A stretch of DNA of 60,545 nucleotides, the filler included, from Catajapyx aquilonaris (lineage: Eukaryota): the NCBI GenBank assembly GCA_000934665.2. It is 2 parts of 2 records of this genome, joined end to end, with 100 filler letters (N's around TTAATTAATTAA, not from the genome) between each part and the next. Parts side by side here need not be neighbours in the genome. Positions count along the whole stretch, not along the records: positions 1 to 30,238 come from JYFJ02004677.1; positions 30,339 to 60,545 come from KZ539193.1. One strand, written 5' to 3'. The first letter of the stretch is position 1; each line of letters starts with the position of its first letter. Under the pieces are notes generated by a model. That model was not told the DNA's origin, did not search any database, and worked only from the letters and a program-made list of their open reading frames with translations. Below are positions 24,692 through 37,447 of this stretch, one piece after another. The position numbers and the translations under genes were made by a program.

Positions 24692-25470
24692 CGAGGGTTG
24701 ATTCAAAAGTCATGGTGCATATTTTTTAAATTCAAAAATGGTAACACATACAGAGATGACCTTTGCTGAGTTTTGAAGATCTGGCGATTACAATTTTATC
24801 TGGCATATAGATGTCGCCCATATTGCGTGGGGGGATGGGGAAACAAAGGAGGATCATGACCCCCTCACCGCACCATCGCCCTAAGACAGCCCGAGCCTGC
24901 TGCGTATGGAGCTGTTGGACGTTGCATGCAGGACACTCGGAGATGGACAACCCAGGAGCTTGCTTTCAAGTGTGGGACAAGTCAGAGCACTATGACCGGA
25001 ACCATGTGTCATCCATCGCCACAGACAGTTTTAAAAAACCACATCGCCCTCAATGAGATAGAGTTCCGAGCGAGGGCAAAATGGCAGCAGTTTTGCACCT
25101 CAAAGAGATGGCAAGGAACCAGTGAGGATGCCAACTTCCTGAGACCTTTCTGTCTTTCAGAGTCCTAAGCATAGTTCTCTGATATGTCCCACACTCTAAA
25201 TGAAGCTCCTGTGTTGTCCATCGCCGAGTGTCCAGCATGCAATGTCCAACAGCTCCAAGCGCGTCGGGCTCGGGCAGTCTTAGGGTGATGGTGCGGTGGG
25301 GGGGTCACATTCCCCCTTTGTTTCCCCACACCCCTCGTGATATGGGCGACATCTATATGCCAAATAAAATTGTAATTGCCGGATCTTCAAAGCTCAGCAA
25401 AGGTCATCTCTGTATGTGTTACCAATTTTGAATAAAAAAATACGCGCCATGACTTTTGAATCAACCCTCG
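24692..25470. mobile_element. mariner-type palindromic MITE, copy 1
   Basis: Long (~280-bp) inverted arms begin CGAGGGTTGATTCAAAAGTCATGG and end CCATGACTTTTGAATCAACCCTCG|TA. Same family at 49373 and 55386. Confidence 0.88.
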
Positions 25471-25720
25471 TAGTTAAAGGGTCCATGACCAACCCAGAGA
25501 TATATTCTGATAATTAAAATGAGGGAGCCAGTCCTAATGCTGGTTATGTGTTTGTCCTGGCCACATTTCCGTGTGTCCTGTAATAACTAAGTGTACAACC
25601 GATGATTTTCCTATAACATCGTACAGTATAAGATATCAACTTTTTGAATGATTTGTCTTTAAAATGGCGATGATTGTTTCACATTTAATATATTACTGAT
25701 TGTTATTTGCTACATTTCAG

Positions 25721-28700
25721 ATAATCCCAGTGTAAAGCGTCGCTTGGACATGGAAGATGTTGACTTCAGACAAGATAATATTAAACGAGTGAAGGATGAT
25801 CTTGTCAGCCAGAGTGAAGACGTGGATGACTTGTGGCAGAAAAATGATCGGTGAGATTATTCGCAATTTGTAATTTTTTGTTTATAACTTATTTTAGCAC
25901 TGTCCTGATAGTCTCTTTTACTATTGGAAGTATATTCCAATATTACAGCTAATATTTGGTTGTTATTACTTATTGCGGTAAAGCTTGAGGATTTTTATTA
26001 GTCAGATCACATCAGGCAGCTTATCTGACTGCTACCCACTGTGTTGCCATCAGAAGCAAGAAGACTGTAACTCAAAAACTAGTAAGGGTGAAAGTCACAT
26101 GCATGCCCTGCACTAATCCCCTCTGAGTCAGGGGGGATTAGTGCAGGGCATGCATATGACTTTCACCCTTCCTAGTTTTTGACTAACAGCTTTCGTGCTT
26201 CTGATGGCAATGTGGAAATCGAAGCATATAACTTAGGGTGTTAAAGAGCTTTGTAAAATGACAGCATTGCCATATGCCATGCATCTGACGCAAGGTCACT
26301 TGGAAATATTAATACACAAAGCATGACATATGAGAGTGCTTCATTTTGCAAAGCTCTTTAACACCTCAGTTAATGCATTTGGGTGGAATTAAGAGGTGAC
26401 ATCTGCTTCGAGAGATTAGTTTAGCTACAATTTACCATCCTAACCAATCCTAACCAGACGTACAATAAGTTGGTGTTGTAAAAGCCAAGTTACCATTGCA
26501 ACCTTGGATTAGATCACCCACAGTGTAATAAGTTGGCTAGATTTTTGCGTGACACTTTTGAGTTAGTAAATATTTTTTCAAGGATTTTAGATATGGAAAT
26601 TCATGCTGATTCAGACCACTAACAAGTGTGATAAAAAAGAGTACGGTACCTGCCTTTTAGCAAAAGGACGAATTCAACATTTTCCTAATTTTACAGGAGA
26701 GCCAAAAGAAACCTGCAAACAGCTATACAAATACATAGGATGGCATTTTCATTTTCTGTTATACCTCTGACACCACTTGTCCCATGGGTTTGCCACTTTG
26801 TCAGAATGTGACCCAACACTGTCTTGATGGTCCTGAAAGAGGCCATAATCCGATATTAGGAAAAACGTCTAATTCGTTCTTTTGTCAGATTAACGACGAC
26901 TTCTATGTTCTATCTAGTTGCAAAGGCAATTGGAAGTGTGATGATGAGCGTGACTAAAATAGCATCCCACGCTCACATGCCAGTCATCAAGCTGACTGAA
27001 AGCAGAATAAACTATCAAAGTAGTTTTTGTGTGAAGAATGTGGGGTCTTGGCTGTCATATGAAATTACGAAAATAATTCCAGTCACTAACATGACTAGGC
27101 TTGATAATGACTTTTAATTTGTTTTAATTAAGTATATTAACCTAGGCTATACTACGTGTGATACTGAAGCTTACACTAACAAAGTACAGTTGCATTTTAA
27201 ACCTTTAAAAATAATACCATCTACTGGCATTTTAAAATGCACCGGCTAATAAAATGGAAATCTGAGTCAGTAGGCTTCGTCATAAGGACTCCCCTACATA
27301 CTGTATGTATGCTTAAAATTAAAAATTAGGTTAACAAATATGTGACTGAATTTAAATTGTGGATCAATTATCTCGTATTATTATTATCATTTTAGAGATG
27401 CTTGGTTGGCTGCTCTTGCACGGAGGCGCGTGTTCAGGCGCATCCCAGACTTTCCGTTCGTCGCCCTGTCCTCTGAAGTTGGACGGTCATATTTTGTCAA
27501 ATTGAAGGACAAAATCAGTGAACAGAAGTGTGAATTGAATCGTTTGGATGGTGGATTGCTTGGTATTTCATTTCGTGAACTCAAACAAGAAGCCATGCTG
27601 CAGATGGAGCGCATTGAATCAAACCGACAAGTGGAGATAATTGAAGATATTCTTGAGGAAGAGTCTGAAACATGGACAGAACTGTACCACCCTGAGAGGT
27701 ACCTTGATTTGCTGAGTGATGAATCAACCAACAGGAGTTTGCTTCATTGGTTGAAATTGTGGGATCGAGATGTGTTTGGGCGCAACTCTAAGCTCAAGGT
27801 TCGTCAGAATTTGGCTAAGCAAGCTGGGAATTTTAAGCCTGGAGGTAATGCTCCTGCTTCAGATGAAACTGATGCCCAGGGTCACCCTCTCAAACGTGTT
27901 GTTCTCATCTATGGGCCACCAGGTGTTGGAAAGAGTACCTTGGCTCGTGTCGTAGCCAAGCATGCTGGGTATCGGCCCATGGAAGTCAACGCTGGTCATG
28001 ACCGCTCTCCCCAAGCACTTAAATTGCTACTAGATTCAGCCACCCAGACAAAATCACTTTTGGGCCGTGATCCCCGCCCAGCATGCCTTGTTTTGGATGA
28101 AATGGACAGTGTCCTTCAAGCATCAGTAACAGCATTGGTTTCATTATTGCATGGGAAGAAAGCTGTTCGTCGCCCAGTCGTATGCATTTGTGAAGATCCA
28201 TATGTACCTTCACTTCGGCCACTGCGACAGTGTGCACTTCTTATTGGTGTCAATGAAACAGCATCAGCAAGGCTAGTGCATCGCTTGGCTGCAATATCAC
28301 GATTACAGAACATACCTGTAAACATGTCAGCTCTGCAAGCTCTTGCTAATCGCACACACAATGATGCACGCGCATCGATAAGTGCTTTGCAGTTTATGTG
28401 CCGCAAGAACCGGAATATCACACTTCAAGAAGTGACAATGACTGATGTGGGTGTGAAAGATCACAGGCAGGGCCTTTTTCAGACATGGCAAGTACTCTTG
28501 AAGCCTAGCAGGGACTGCTGCTTGGAAGATCAGGTTAAGGCAGTGATGCGTTGCGGAGAGTTTGACCGTGTGTGTGTGGGTATCTTGGAGAACTACATAA
28601 CTGGATTAGGTGATGATAGTGGGTGTATGGATAGCACAAGCAATGGTTTGGACTGGCTCTGCTGGAGTGATGCAGCCTTGCGTATAGTGAGGGAGGACCA

Positions 28701-28818
28701 GGCATTTTCTTTGTGGGGAGTGGTTCCATTCTCAATTTCCGCAGCTGGAAGGAGTTTGACAGGGAGAAACAGGCGCCGGAATCAGAACAGAATTGTCTTT
28801 CCTACTACAACAGGACAG
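25721..28818 (+). CDS. CHTF18: chromosome transmission fidelity protein 18 (RFC-like AAA+ clamp loader), partial
   Basis: Exons 25721-25850 and 27396-28818 are in phase. Motifs WTELYHPERYLDLLSDESTNRSLLHWLKLWD, Walker A GPPGVGKST, Walker B LVLDEMD and RRPVVCIC. The first exon is uncertain (candidates at ~22472-22502 and ~22751-22763). I could not find the 3' exons. Confidence 0.92.
26043..26210. repeat. near-perfect fold-back hairpin in a CTF18 intron
   Basis: TTGCCATCAGAAGCA...GCATGCCCTGCACTAATCCCCC is mirrored by GGGGGATTAGTGCAGGGCATGC...TGCTTCTGATGGCAA. Confidence 0.85.
26230..26372. repeat. second, more diverged fold-back adjacent to the first
   Basis: GGTGTTAAAGAGCTTTGTAAAATGA... is mirrored by ...TCATTTTGCAAAGCTCTTTAACACC. 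Confidence 0.7.
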
Positions 28819-28980
28819 GTAAGAGCATGGTTTTGTTGTTGGCATGTTTTACTTAATCACCTTATTGCGACATATAATTATGAGTAATAATTGGAAGTTT
28901 TACTTGTGCCTCTGACCATACCAACTTTATTGTTAGAATATTGGACTTCAGCTGGCTCATCCTTTACCATGTGTTCCGTA

Positions 28981-29340
28981 ATGGGGAACTAGCCTTCATT
29001 TTGGAAACTACATAATAAATTCGCCCATATTTTTTGGATTTTTTTGGCATATTCCGTTTTAAGATATCAGTTCCCGTTCCGGAGTAATTGGGGTTTTTAT
29101 GTAGGGAAATGGTGACGTCACTGTTTCCCTAGAAAATGTTGACGTCACGCGAAGTGAAATGAACGCAAAAATGGTGTTATAGAACGCGCCCCGTCATTGT
29201 TGTAAAACGCTTCGCTCGTGTTAGCAACCGTCCTATTCCGTGAGGAAGATAGTGGCCGGGGCGCGTATTTATTCCAGGCCGCTTCAGTCGCTTCTGTGCT
29301 GACAGTGGTGCCAACTGGTAGGAATTATCTGTCACCNATT
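28981..29340 (+). mobile_element. truncated copy of the ATGGGGAAGTAGCCTT-TIR element
   Basis: Highly similar to 33031-33360 over ~350 bp. The right TIR is not seen. Confidence 0.8.
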
Positions 29341-30238
29341 TCGTTCTTCTCGCCTTGCATTTTTCAAGTCAACTTGAACCCAGGAATACTAACTTGACAG
29401 AGGAATTTCTGCACCATTTCAACCAATGATGAGGGTCCAAGCTAAATATTATGAAAGCTTCAGGGTTACAAGACAATGTGGTGTGAGTTTTGCCAGTTTC
29501 TTTGTTTGTCCAGAATTTTTCTCCAACTTTCCAACAAAGAAAAAGGCTAAACTTGGTATACTCTAGTGTTCTCTAATAGTGACACCTGCAATTTCAATGA
29601 AACAAACCTTTTCATTAAATTTCATTTTGTAGTGTTGAATATATGCCTTGTTGGAGACACGCTATAGTGGCAAATGTATGGTGCTATACTTCATAAGATG
29701 CCATCCCATTCTTGATCCCATTAGGTCATTTCATATTACATATTGAAAATGTTCATTGCAATTTCTCGGGTAGATTTAGTATCTGATGCTATACATGGTG
29801 AAAAGTTCTATAAAGCACACGAGTGGAAATTATGTACCGCATTTGCACTTTGATGATTTCTTACCTGATCAGTACCTGCTGATACCGGTATCTAGCAAGT
29901 TAGTGAATCAGTTGGGTGACTAGTAACGACACTTGACTATACTGTCACATGCTGGATAAGGACAGAAAGCTGGATAATTTTGAATGGATTTTCAGATTTC
30001 CATATCTGACTCCTCCAGGTCACAAGAAAAGAAAGAGCATAATTATTATACCTGACAAAGTGATAGCAATTGAAGAACTAAATGAGATCATAAAATGTGA
30101 AATTGCTGTAAAATCTTGTCATGTGGGTCATAATACAAGTCACTTTTCCAAAATATATCTTGGAGTACTGCAAGTCACCATCATATCTAATGAGCAAGCC
30201 ATACATTCAGGATCCACTATACACGTATACAATATTTG

Positions 30239-30338
30239 NNNNNNNNNNNNNNNNNNNNNNNNNNNNNNNNNNNNNNNNNNNNTTAATTAATTAANNNNNN
30301 NNNNNNNNNNNNNNNNNNNNNNNNNNNNNNNNNNNNNN
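30239..30338. other. artificial 100-bp assembly spacer (44 N + TTAATTAATTAA + 44 N)
   Basis: Symmetric N runs flank a 12-mer that has stops in all six frames. Confidence 0.95.
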
Positions 30339-30838
30339 TACATGACGCTGCCTCAGCTACCGGTCGGCGGACCGGAGAATTTAGGAACAGTTGCGGTCGC
30401 CCCGGTCGGCTACCGGTGAATTAAGGAACGTCCTCTAAATCTAGGCGATGAGAACTCGACCGCCAGGTACTAGCTATGCCTCCATCACCTGGTTTCTTTT
30501 CTCTTCCGTTGCACTTGCAAATAAGGACAAGATATTTTACACATACTGTAATAACAGCTGTACCTTTACATTCACGCTCTACACATTGCATGTTTTGGAA
30601 ACAACTTTACTCGCATAGAAGTCCGTAAATTAATTTCCAAAACGATCGCCGCACAGTATACCCTCTATATTTCCGCCTATATTGCCGCCTATATTTTCTC
30701 TCCTGTTCATCTTACAAGTACTCTGAAGGTAAGTGCAAGATATTTTACAAAAAGTAATAGCTCTACTTAGCCGTTCGTGCAAAACACAATGTATGTATTG
30801 GAAACATTTTCCTTGGCTATAAGTCCGTAAATTAATAT

Positions 30839-31160
30839 GGGTCATTCCATGTCAGCGGGACCCCCTTTGTACCCTTGATGTGGCGGATTTGAATGATATT
30901 CACAGGTTATGGTGACCTAGCGCTGCTAAAACATTGTACCGAAGCTTTTTGAAATATTCTGATTTTTACCCGTTTTTTGGGGGATGGTAATTTTGAGCCT
31001 TTTCTTTGAGAGCCATTTTTCTTTTGGCTGTTTCTCCGCAACTAATCGTGAGACAGATGTGCTTTTGATATCAATTTACTCAGAAATGTTGATATAATCG
31101 TATTCTATGGTTAATTTTAAAATTTAACATTTTTGCGTTAAAAAGATTGAAATTGCAAAT
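30839..31160 (+). mobile_element. DNA transposon terminus GGGTCATTCCATGTCA (possibly Sola-like)
   Basis: Related termini occur inverted at ~32753-32775 and 52215-52239. The subterminal segment recurs, diverged, at ~33960-34260. The superfamily call is tentative. Confidence 0.55.
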
Positions 31161-31491
31161 TTTAAACATTTAATTTTTAAAATTATTATACTTTTTTTTC
31201 GCTGGTTTTCACGTACGTTGTAGCCCTACATGTTAACTACATGTGAACTACATGTGGCCATATCAGTTCTGTTGGCTAGTATAATACTACGGAAGATTGG
31301 GCCTCTTTAAGTGAGACCCCCTCCATATATGTCGTCATTATGATGGGCACACCCAACATGTAAATCGCCCCACCTTGCTCAGTGCAAATGTTGATATTCA
31401 AGTTGGGATGATCACTGGTGAGAGTACGACACATGTAAGACTCCTTTGGTACCCCACACCCCCCTCCCCAAGCAAACCCATGCCTCCCACC

Positions 31492-31717
31492 CAGGGCCCT
31501 GCAGGGGCGGGGGGGGGGGGGGGGCAGCTGGGTACACTTGCCCCGGGCCTCAGTACGGCCAGGGGGCCCGCCAGGGGCCCCAGGCCGGACTTATTATCCA
31601 ACCAGCCGACAGAAACTTACTGGGAAAAATACCCAATCCCAATGGCGTCTGAACACAGGGCCGAATCATTTCTGGAGGCCCCATTTCAATAGTGACTTAT
31701 AATTCCCAAATTTTGGC

Positions 31718-31773
<56 letters not shown>

Positions 31774-33930
31774 GCCAATTTGGGGGCCCTATTTAGGTTG
31801 GGGACTCGGGGCCCTATAATTCAATACCCGCTCTTAAATGTCAATTTTTTCCAATAGAAATTCGCCAATTCGGGGGCCCCTGTTTCGGTCGGGGGCTTGG
31901 ACCCTCTCCATATGCAAGGATTCGATCAGACATTCAGACTTGCCCAAACACTCACTAATTCTCTCACCCTAAAAATGCAACCACTCAAGATGTGGGGAAA
32001 AGGAAAAGGGCTTGCCTACATAGAGTACAGTTCTGTTTAAAGGGGAACCTAGCCGAAATTTTGAAGGCCTTAAAATGAGCCCTTGGGGAATATTGTTTTT
32101 GGTTAGTAAAAGTGGTCAAAACCCAATGAACATAATTACGTACATCAAAAGACGGAGGAAGACGAGGAGAATGCAACAATAGAATTGGCTTTACTCGAAT
32201 ATGTAACCAGAAAACCGCGTGTCATTCCATCGGTCACATAATTATCTCATAATTTGGGCCCCCTAAAATTAGTGATGAATCTGCAAAACATCCCTCATAT
32301 TTTACCTGGTTTCAAATTGAACATAACCTTAAACCTTAGAGCTTATGGTGGTCAAAACTCATGTCACGAAATATGACTGAAGTTACGCAAACACATCAGA
32401 CATCACTAATAATTATCGGAGTCCAAGTTCTTGGACATGTGACTGAGCGTGTGATGAATATAGAACGAATGGCACACGTTTTTCTGCTTACATTTTTGAG
32501 GAGAATGTGTTAATTTCATAGTTCCATTTTCTAGTCTTTTTACTTCATTTGTTTACTGGATTTTGACCAATTCCACTAACCGAAAAAGTTCTTCCAAAAA
32601 AGACCTCATTTTAGCAATTTCCCAAATTCGCGAATTTATCCCTCCTCACGGTATTGAGCAATATGGATGAAACTTGATATTTAGCATTATGGAATGGTTG
32701 TGCACTTCTGTGTTTATTTCCACCAAAATCCGAGAGGGTCAAGCAATATTTCGTCCCACTTGATTCGGAATGACCCCAAGATTTTTTCGAGGACTTTGGT
32801 TCTTTGACAGCCACAATTATTAATGTTTAAGACAAAATTCAGACAGAATGATAGGTCATTATGAGTTACCAGTGACCTAAGGAACATAAAAATGGCGATT
32901 AATTTCCAAGAACAAAAATGTTGATTTTTGTTACATAGTGTAATTATATTATTATAAATGCCTCCTGTCGGGCATTAAAAACCCTAATTAATTAAGATAC
33001 TATGTGTGCAAGAGGAGCCATGACATTGCAATGGGGAAGTAGCCTTCATTTTGGGAACTACATAATCAATTCGCCCATATTTTTTGGATTTTTTTGGCAT
33101 ATTCCGTTTTAAGATATCAGTTTCAGTTCCGGAGTAATTGTGGTTTTTATGTAGGGAAATGGTGACGTCACGCGAAGTGAAATGAACGCAAAAATGGTGT
33201 TATAGAACGCGCCCCGTCATTGTTGTAAAATGCTTCGCTGTTGTTAGCAACCGTCCCATTTGCGTGAGCAAGATAGCGGCCGGGGCGCTTTTTTACTTCA
33301 CGCCGCTCAATCAGCTTAGGGGCCGGCAGTGGTACCAACTGGCAGGAATCATCTGTCACCCGAATTCGGTACATGAAGGCCCCTTTTCTCCACCTCGATG
33401 GCCTACAGCCGCCTTGCGAATGCTTTCCGTCGTGTCCGCGGTTAATTCAAAGTCAAATTCCTCATATCTCGCAGTCAACCAGGCATTTCAGTGTACCCTT
33501 TCGATTGGCACCACCCGGCTGCCCCGTTTTTCCCGCCAATTTTGAAGGCACTTTTAAATGTGCCGTAATTTATCCAGTAATGTCATTTTGATGCAACAAA
33601 GTGATGGAATGTATGTTTACAGGCATGGGCTAGCTAGTTATGAACAAAAATCCCAAATCCCAGACCAAGGCTACTTCCCCATAGTAGGGGCTCGGTTCCT
33701 CAACACCCTATTTGTGTGCATTTATAGCCCTTTTCCTCTTTTCCACATCTCCACTGATGGTTGCATTTCCAGGGTGTGCATATTGTTCTGTGCTTGTGCA
33801 AGTGAAATCAGTTGACTACCTACTGGCGCATCTCATTGACTGACTTTGTACATTTTATGTAGTTATAAGAAGGGGCCTCTAACATGATCCTGTCCTGCCC
33901 CGGGCCTCAGACAAGCTCTGCAGGGCCCTG
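31492..33930. mobile_element. non-autonomous hAT-type element, 2.4 kb, carrying nested inserts
   Basis: 13-bp TIR CAGGGCCCTGCAG / CTGCAGGGCCCTG, an 8-bp TSD CTCCCACC (31484-31491, 33931-33938) and GGGCCC-rich subterminal motifs. Confidence 0.88.
33031..33682. mobile_element. MITE with 16-bp TIR ATGGGGAAGTAGCCTT, nested in the hAT element
   Basis: Perfect TIRs at 33031-33046 and 33667-33682. A second, partial copy starts at 28981. Confidence 0.85.
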
Positions 33931-35099
33931 CTCCCACCCCACAATAAACACAAATTGATTTGTCAGTTCGGCCCCGTTTGACCCTTCATGCGCCGGATTT
34001 TTATGATTTTCTGGGTTTTCGATGACACAGCGATGCTAAAACATTGTGCCAAAGCGTTTTGAAAAATATTGATTTTTGCCGATTTTTGGGGGAGTGATAA
34101 TTTCGTTACAGACTCTTCTTCTTTTGGCTTTTTCTCTGGAACTAGTCAAGATACAGAAGTGAATTTGGTGTCATTGTACTCAGAAATACTGGTAGAAGAG
34201 TACGCCATGGTAAAATGTGAAATTTAAATTTTGTTTGTTAAAATGTTTAAATTTAAAATTTATTTAATGTTTCGATTTTAAAATTTAAACCAACATGTGC
34301 GCTGACTGAACTTTAATTGTGTGGAAGTCTCAAGTTTTCCCCCGAATGGTTTCTTGTTTTGTTTTTTTGTACTCCAGAGTGTGTCCCCCAAAAAGGGCCC
34401 CGCCCTCGCAAGGGGTAACGTAAATAAATAATAAATAAATAAATAAAAATGGTAAGTCAATGATATTAGTTGAAGCGTGAAATTTCGCTAATTATTTAAT
34501 CGTGCGAAATCCCTGCGGTTTAGAGAGACATCCATGTCTACATAAAGGTTTCTCATTAACAATTGCCTGCGAACACAATAAACGGAATTAAATTCGGACC
34601 ACTGGGAGCAGAGATGTAGCCATTTTAGGAAACCGGGGGGGGCCATCTTTAATGGCAATTTTATTGGTGACCTACACTGATGTCGAAGTGGTTCCCAGTC
34701 TTAAATGCTCTCTTATGACCTCATCTACTGTATGATCCCTGAAAATGGCATATTCCAATCAAAAAGTGCAGCTTTTTTATGTACCAGACGTATTAGAAAG
34801 ACCAGTAAATGACTTGATTGCCCAGGGTTCAGTACAAAATGTTCAGTGGATGAACGAGAAGACAAACAATTATCGTGAATCTTGAGAAAAAATGAAATTG
34901 CGTGGTAGACAATTGTGGCATTGTTGCCCCACGTTGGGCGCCAGTTTCGCGGGGGTACCTTCCAGGTACGACAGAACCAAACCCATGCGTTTCCTTTAAC
35001 TCACGTTTAATGCTCTTCGACACAATCGCTTCGACTTCGCAACAATGCCACACAATCTAATATCAGTATACTACTGGAAATTGAAAGGTCCAAATATGT

Positions 35100-36545
35100 A
35101 CTCTGGGTCAAAAAATTTCAGGTTGATAAAATTCAATTACCCTGCAATAGAAATGCTATTGAAACTCGTAACAGGAAGGGAATGGGCATAACAGATGCTG
35201 ACGTTCAACTCATATCACCAGCTATGTGGAAAGTTCTCTCACAGACCCACAAATCCAGGGAATGCGTGTGGTACACCATCACTTTGATATCATCGGATTG
35301 TACAACTTGCACAACTGCAGATTGCCATGAACAATGTTTAGACTTAGCCTGCCCTGATTTATGTGTACGCAAGTACAGGTGTGACTGTCCAGGTAACAAC
35401 TGCCTGTGTAAGTCAAAGAGTTCTGCAATTATATAATATAATACCTAGAGGAGGTACTGTACTCCCTATCCTTTTCCATTAGACAGGCTGAGGCAGCCGC
35501 CATCTTGTTGGAGGTCATATTGTTGTTCTAACAGTTGTCTAGCAACTGGGACAACAACCAATAATGACAACTGGGCGACAATTAGTTCAATAATGTCAGG
35601 CATCCGCCATCTTGTTGGAGGTAATATTGTTGCCTGCATTGTTGCCTGCCTCACATTTCAGCCCGAGTGCCTCCTCTAGGTATAATTATATATAATATAG
35701 CAGAACTCTTTGGTGTAAGTATATTCTTAAAGTACATTCCCTGGAGACTTCCACATCACATAATTGTAATGAGCGAGATCATTGATGCTGTAGAGCATTG
35801 TGTGGAACCAATTAATACTTGGGCCATAATTGATCATGACGACACTGCTGTAGAAGATTCTTCTGTAGGACACAGCTTGTCAGAAAAACTTAACAGTAAC
35901 GTAAGTAAAGACAGAAGTATCGCTATGTTACGGGAAAAGGTTGCCGGTTTGTGTTACTTGATTCGTTCAAGCCCAGGAAAGCATAAACGTGAAGATAAGT
36001 TGTGTGACAAAGTGGGTCCTAAACGGTGGCGAGGCAATGCTGTGAAAAGTATTGCAATTCCTTTTATTGCACCTCATACAGTGAGTGGTCCTGCAGCACA
36101 AGTTGATCCCTCTTCTCAATCATCTACACCTCCATTTACACTTATAGTTGCCCACAATGCAGATGTTGATAGAGTAGTTTATTTCAAAGTAGGACCTTAT
36201 CAGGTGAGACTTGCATCTTTTAAAACACTGGAGCCACCAAGAAACTTATTACTGGTACCAGATGAATTGGCAATATAGCCAATATTAATGGAGAAGTTGG
36301 TTAGGCAGTTTACTCCAGGTTGGTTGACCGATGAAATTATTGATGCCTTTTTTTACACCCTCTGCTTTGATGTGGATAGGGTAACCATCAATAGAGTATA
36401 CTAACTTCATAAATGCTTGTGTGATGGGAGTGCTTGAGAAGAAAGGGATTAAAGGGTGCAGCAGACTTTGGGAGGACACTGATCTTGGTTCCATTGAGTA
36501 CATTTTTATTCCATTTAGTACTGGTGATCATTGGGTTCTATTCCT
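35100..36545 (+). mobile_element. degraded Mutator-like (MULE) transposase C-terminal region with SWIM Zn finger and Ulp1/C48 protease remnants
   Basis: CPDLCVRKYRCDCPGNNCLCK[MITE]YILKVH forms a SWIM-like CxC...CKHI motif. Downstream, GWLTDEIIDAF and YIFIPFSTGDHWVL match Ulp1 motifs. Stops and frameshifts are present. Confidence 0.7.
35414..35712 (-). mobile_element. P-element-like MITE, copy 2 (inverted relative to copy 1), inserted in the SWIM finger
   Basis: Same TIRs and internal sequence as 22974-23263. TSD GTGTAAGT at 35406-35413 and 35713-35720. Confidence 0.88.
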
Positions 36546-37372
36546 CTGCATCCATTGGGTTTGTGTCGAGAGAATTCGAGAAGATGGGAGTGTCCGCCAA
36601 CAGTTGGTTGGCAGATGATAACGTTAATTCGATACTGAGTATGCTTACCACATATGCGGACAGTTTAATTCAGAGAGATTTTTCACACTTAAAGAAGTCT
36701 AAGAGATACGCACATTATTTTTTAATCAAAGAGTCCCCATATCTGGAAACATATCTCAACTCTAATCTACCAATACATGCACTCAGACTTTTGGCTAACC
36801 TCCGAAATAATTCATCTTGGTTTTATATAAACTCTTACAAAATCCAATTTAACGAAGAGATGGACTGCTCACTATGCAATTTAAAAGAACCACTTGTCCT
36901 TCATCATCTGCTATATACCTGCCCATTTTTTGATACATTGAGAACAAACCACATGTTGACATGGCCCTCCCTCCCCCCTGATAAATTATTTTTTTTATTC
37001 GTAGATATTCCGACCCTTCAAATACACAAACTGTATTCTTTTTTTTTGAAAATCACGCACCTTCTTCAATTTGCCGATATTGTTTTGTAACAGTGCCAAA
37101 TACGAGTATATGTAATTCCCACCTCCCAACAGCAATCCTGTTTTTTGCCTGTTGTTTCCTTTCCTTTCTTTTTCTCTTACACTACTCAAACTGCATTGTA
37201 CATTAGGCACACAATTACAATTACAATTTGGTTTGTTTGTTTTTGAAATTGTTTTGATGTATATTCAATATTGTATTGTAAGTCTCGAGTATTGCAAAGG
37301 AAGGCAAGTACTCTCCGTCAATAGGGGAAAAACCCCAGACGATAATAAAAATTATTATTATTATTATTATTA

Positions 37373-37445
<73 letters not shown>
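36546..37445 (+). mobile_element. 5'-truncated non-LTR retrotransposon (ORF2 C-terminus, 3' UTR and (TAT)n tail)
   Basis: The ORF to 37090 contains LANLR...CSLCNLKEPLVLHHLLYTCPFFDTLR, a LINE C-terminal CCHC-type finger. A 3' UTR and a ~95-bp (TAT)n tail follow. Confidence 0.8.

Positions 37446-37447
<2 letters not shown>

Noticed and set aside
24732..25431. Recurrent short ORFs ending SSKLSKGHLCMCY (also at 49412-50113)
   Set aside because: They are translations of the palindromic MITE arms, not a gene family.
29400..30238. 113-aa ORF 29949-30290 and surrounding sequence as CTF18 3' exons
   Set aside because: No recognisable CTF18 similarity, and the ORF runs into the N gap. Probably decayed repeat DNA.
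30283..30294. TTAATTAATTAA as a biological motif
   Set aside because: It is centred in exactly 100 bp with symmetric N runs, which marks it as a synthetic six-frame stop linker.
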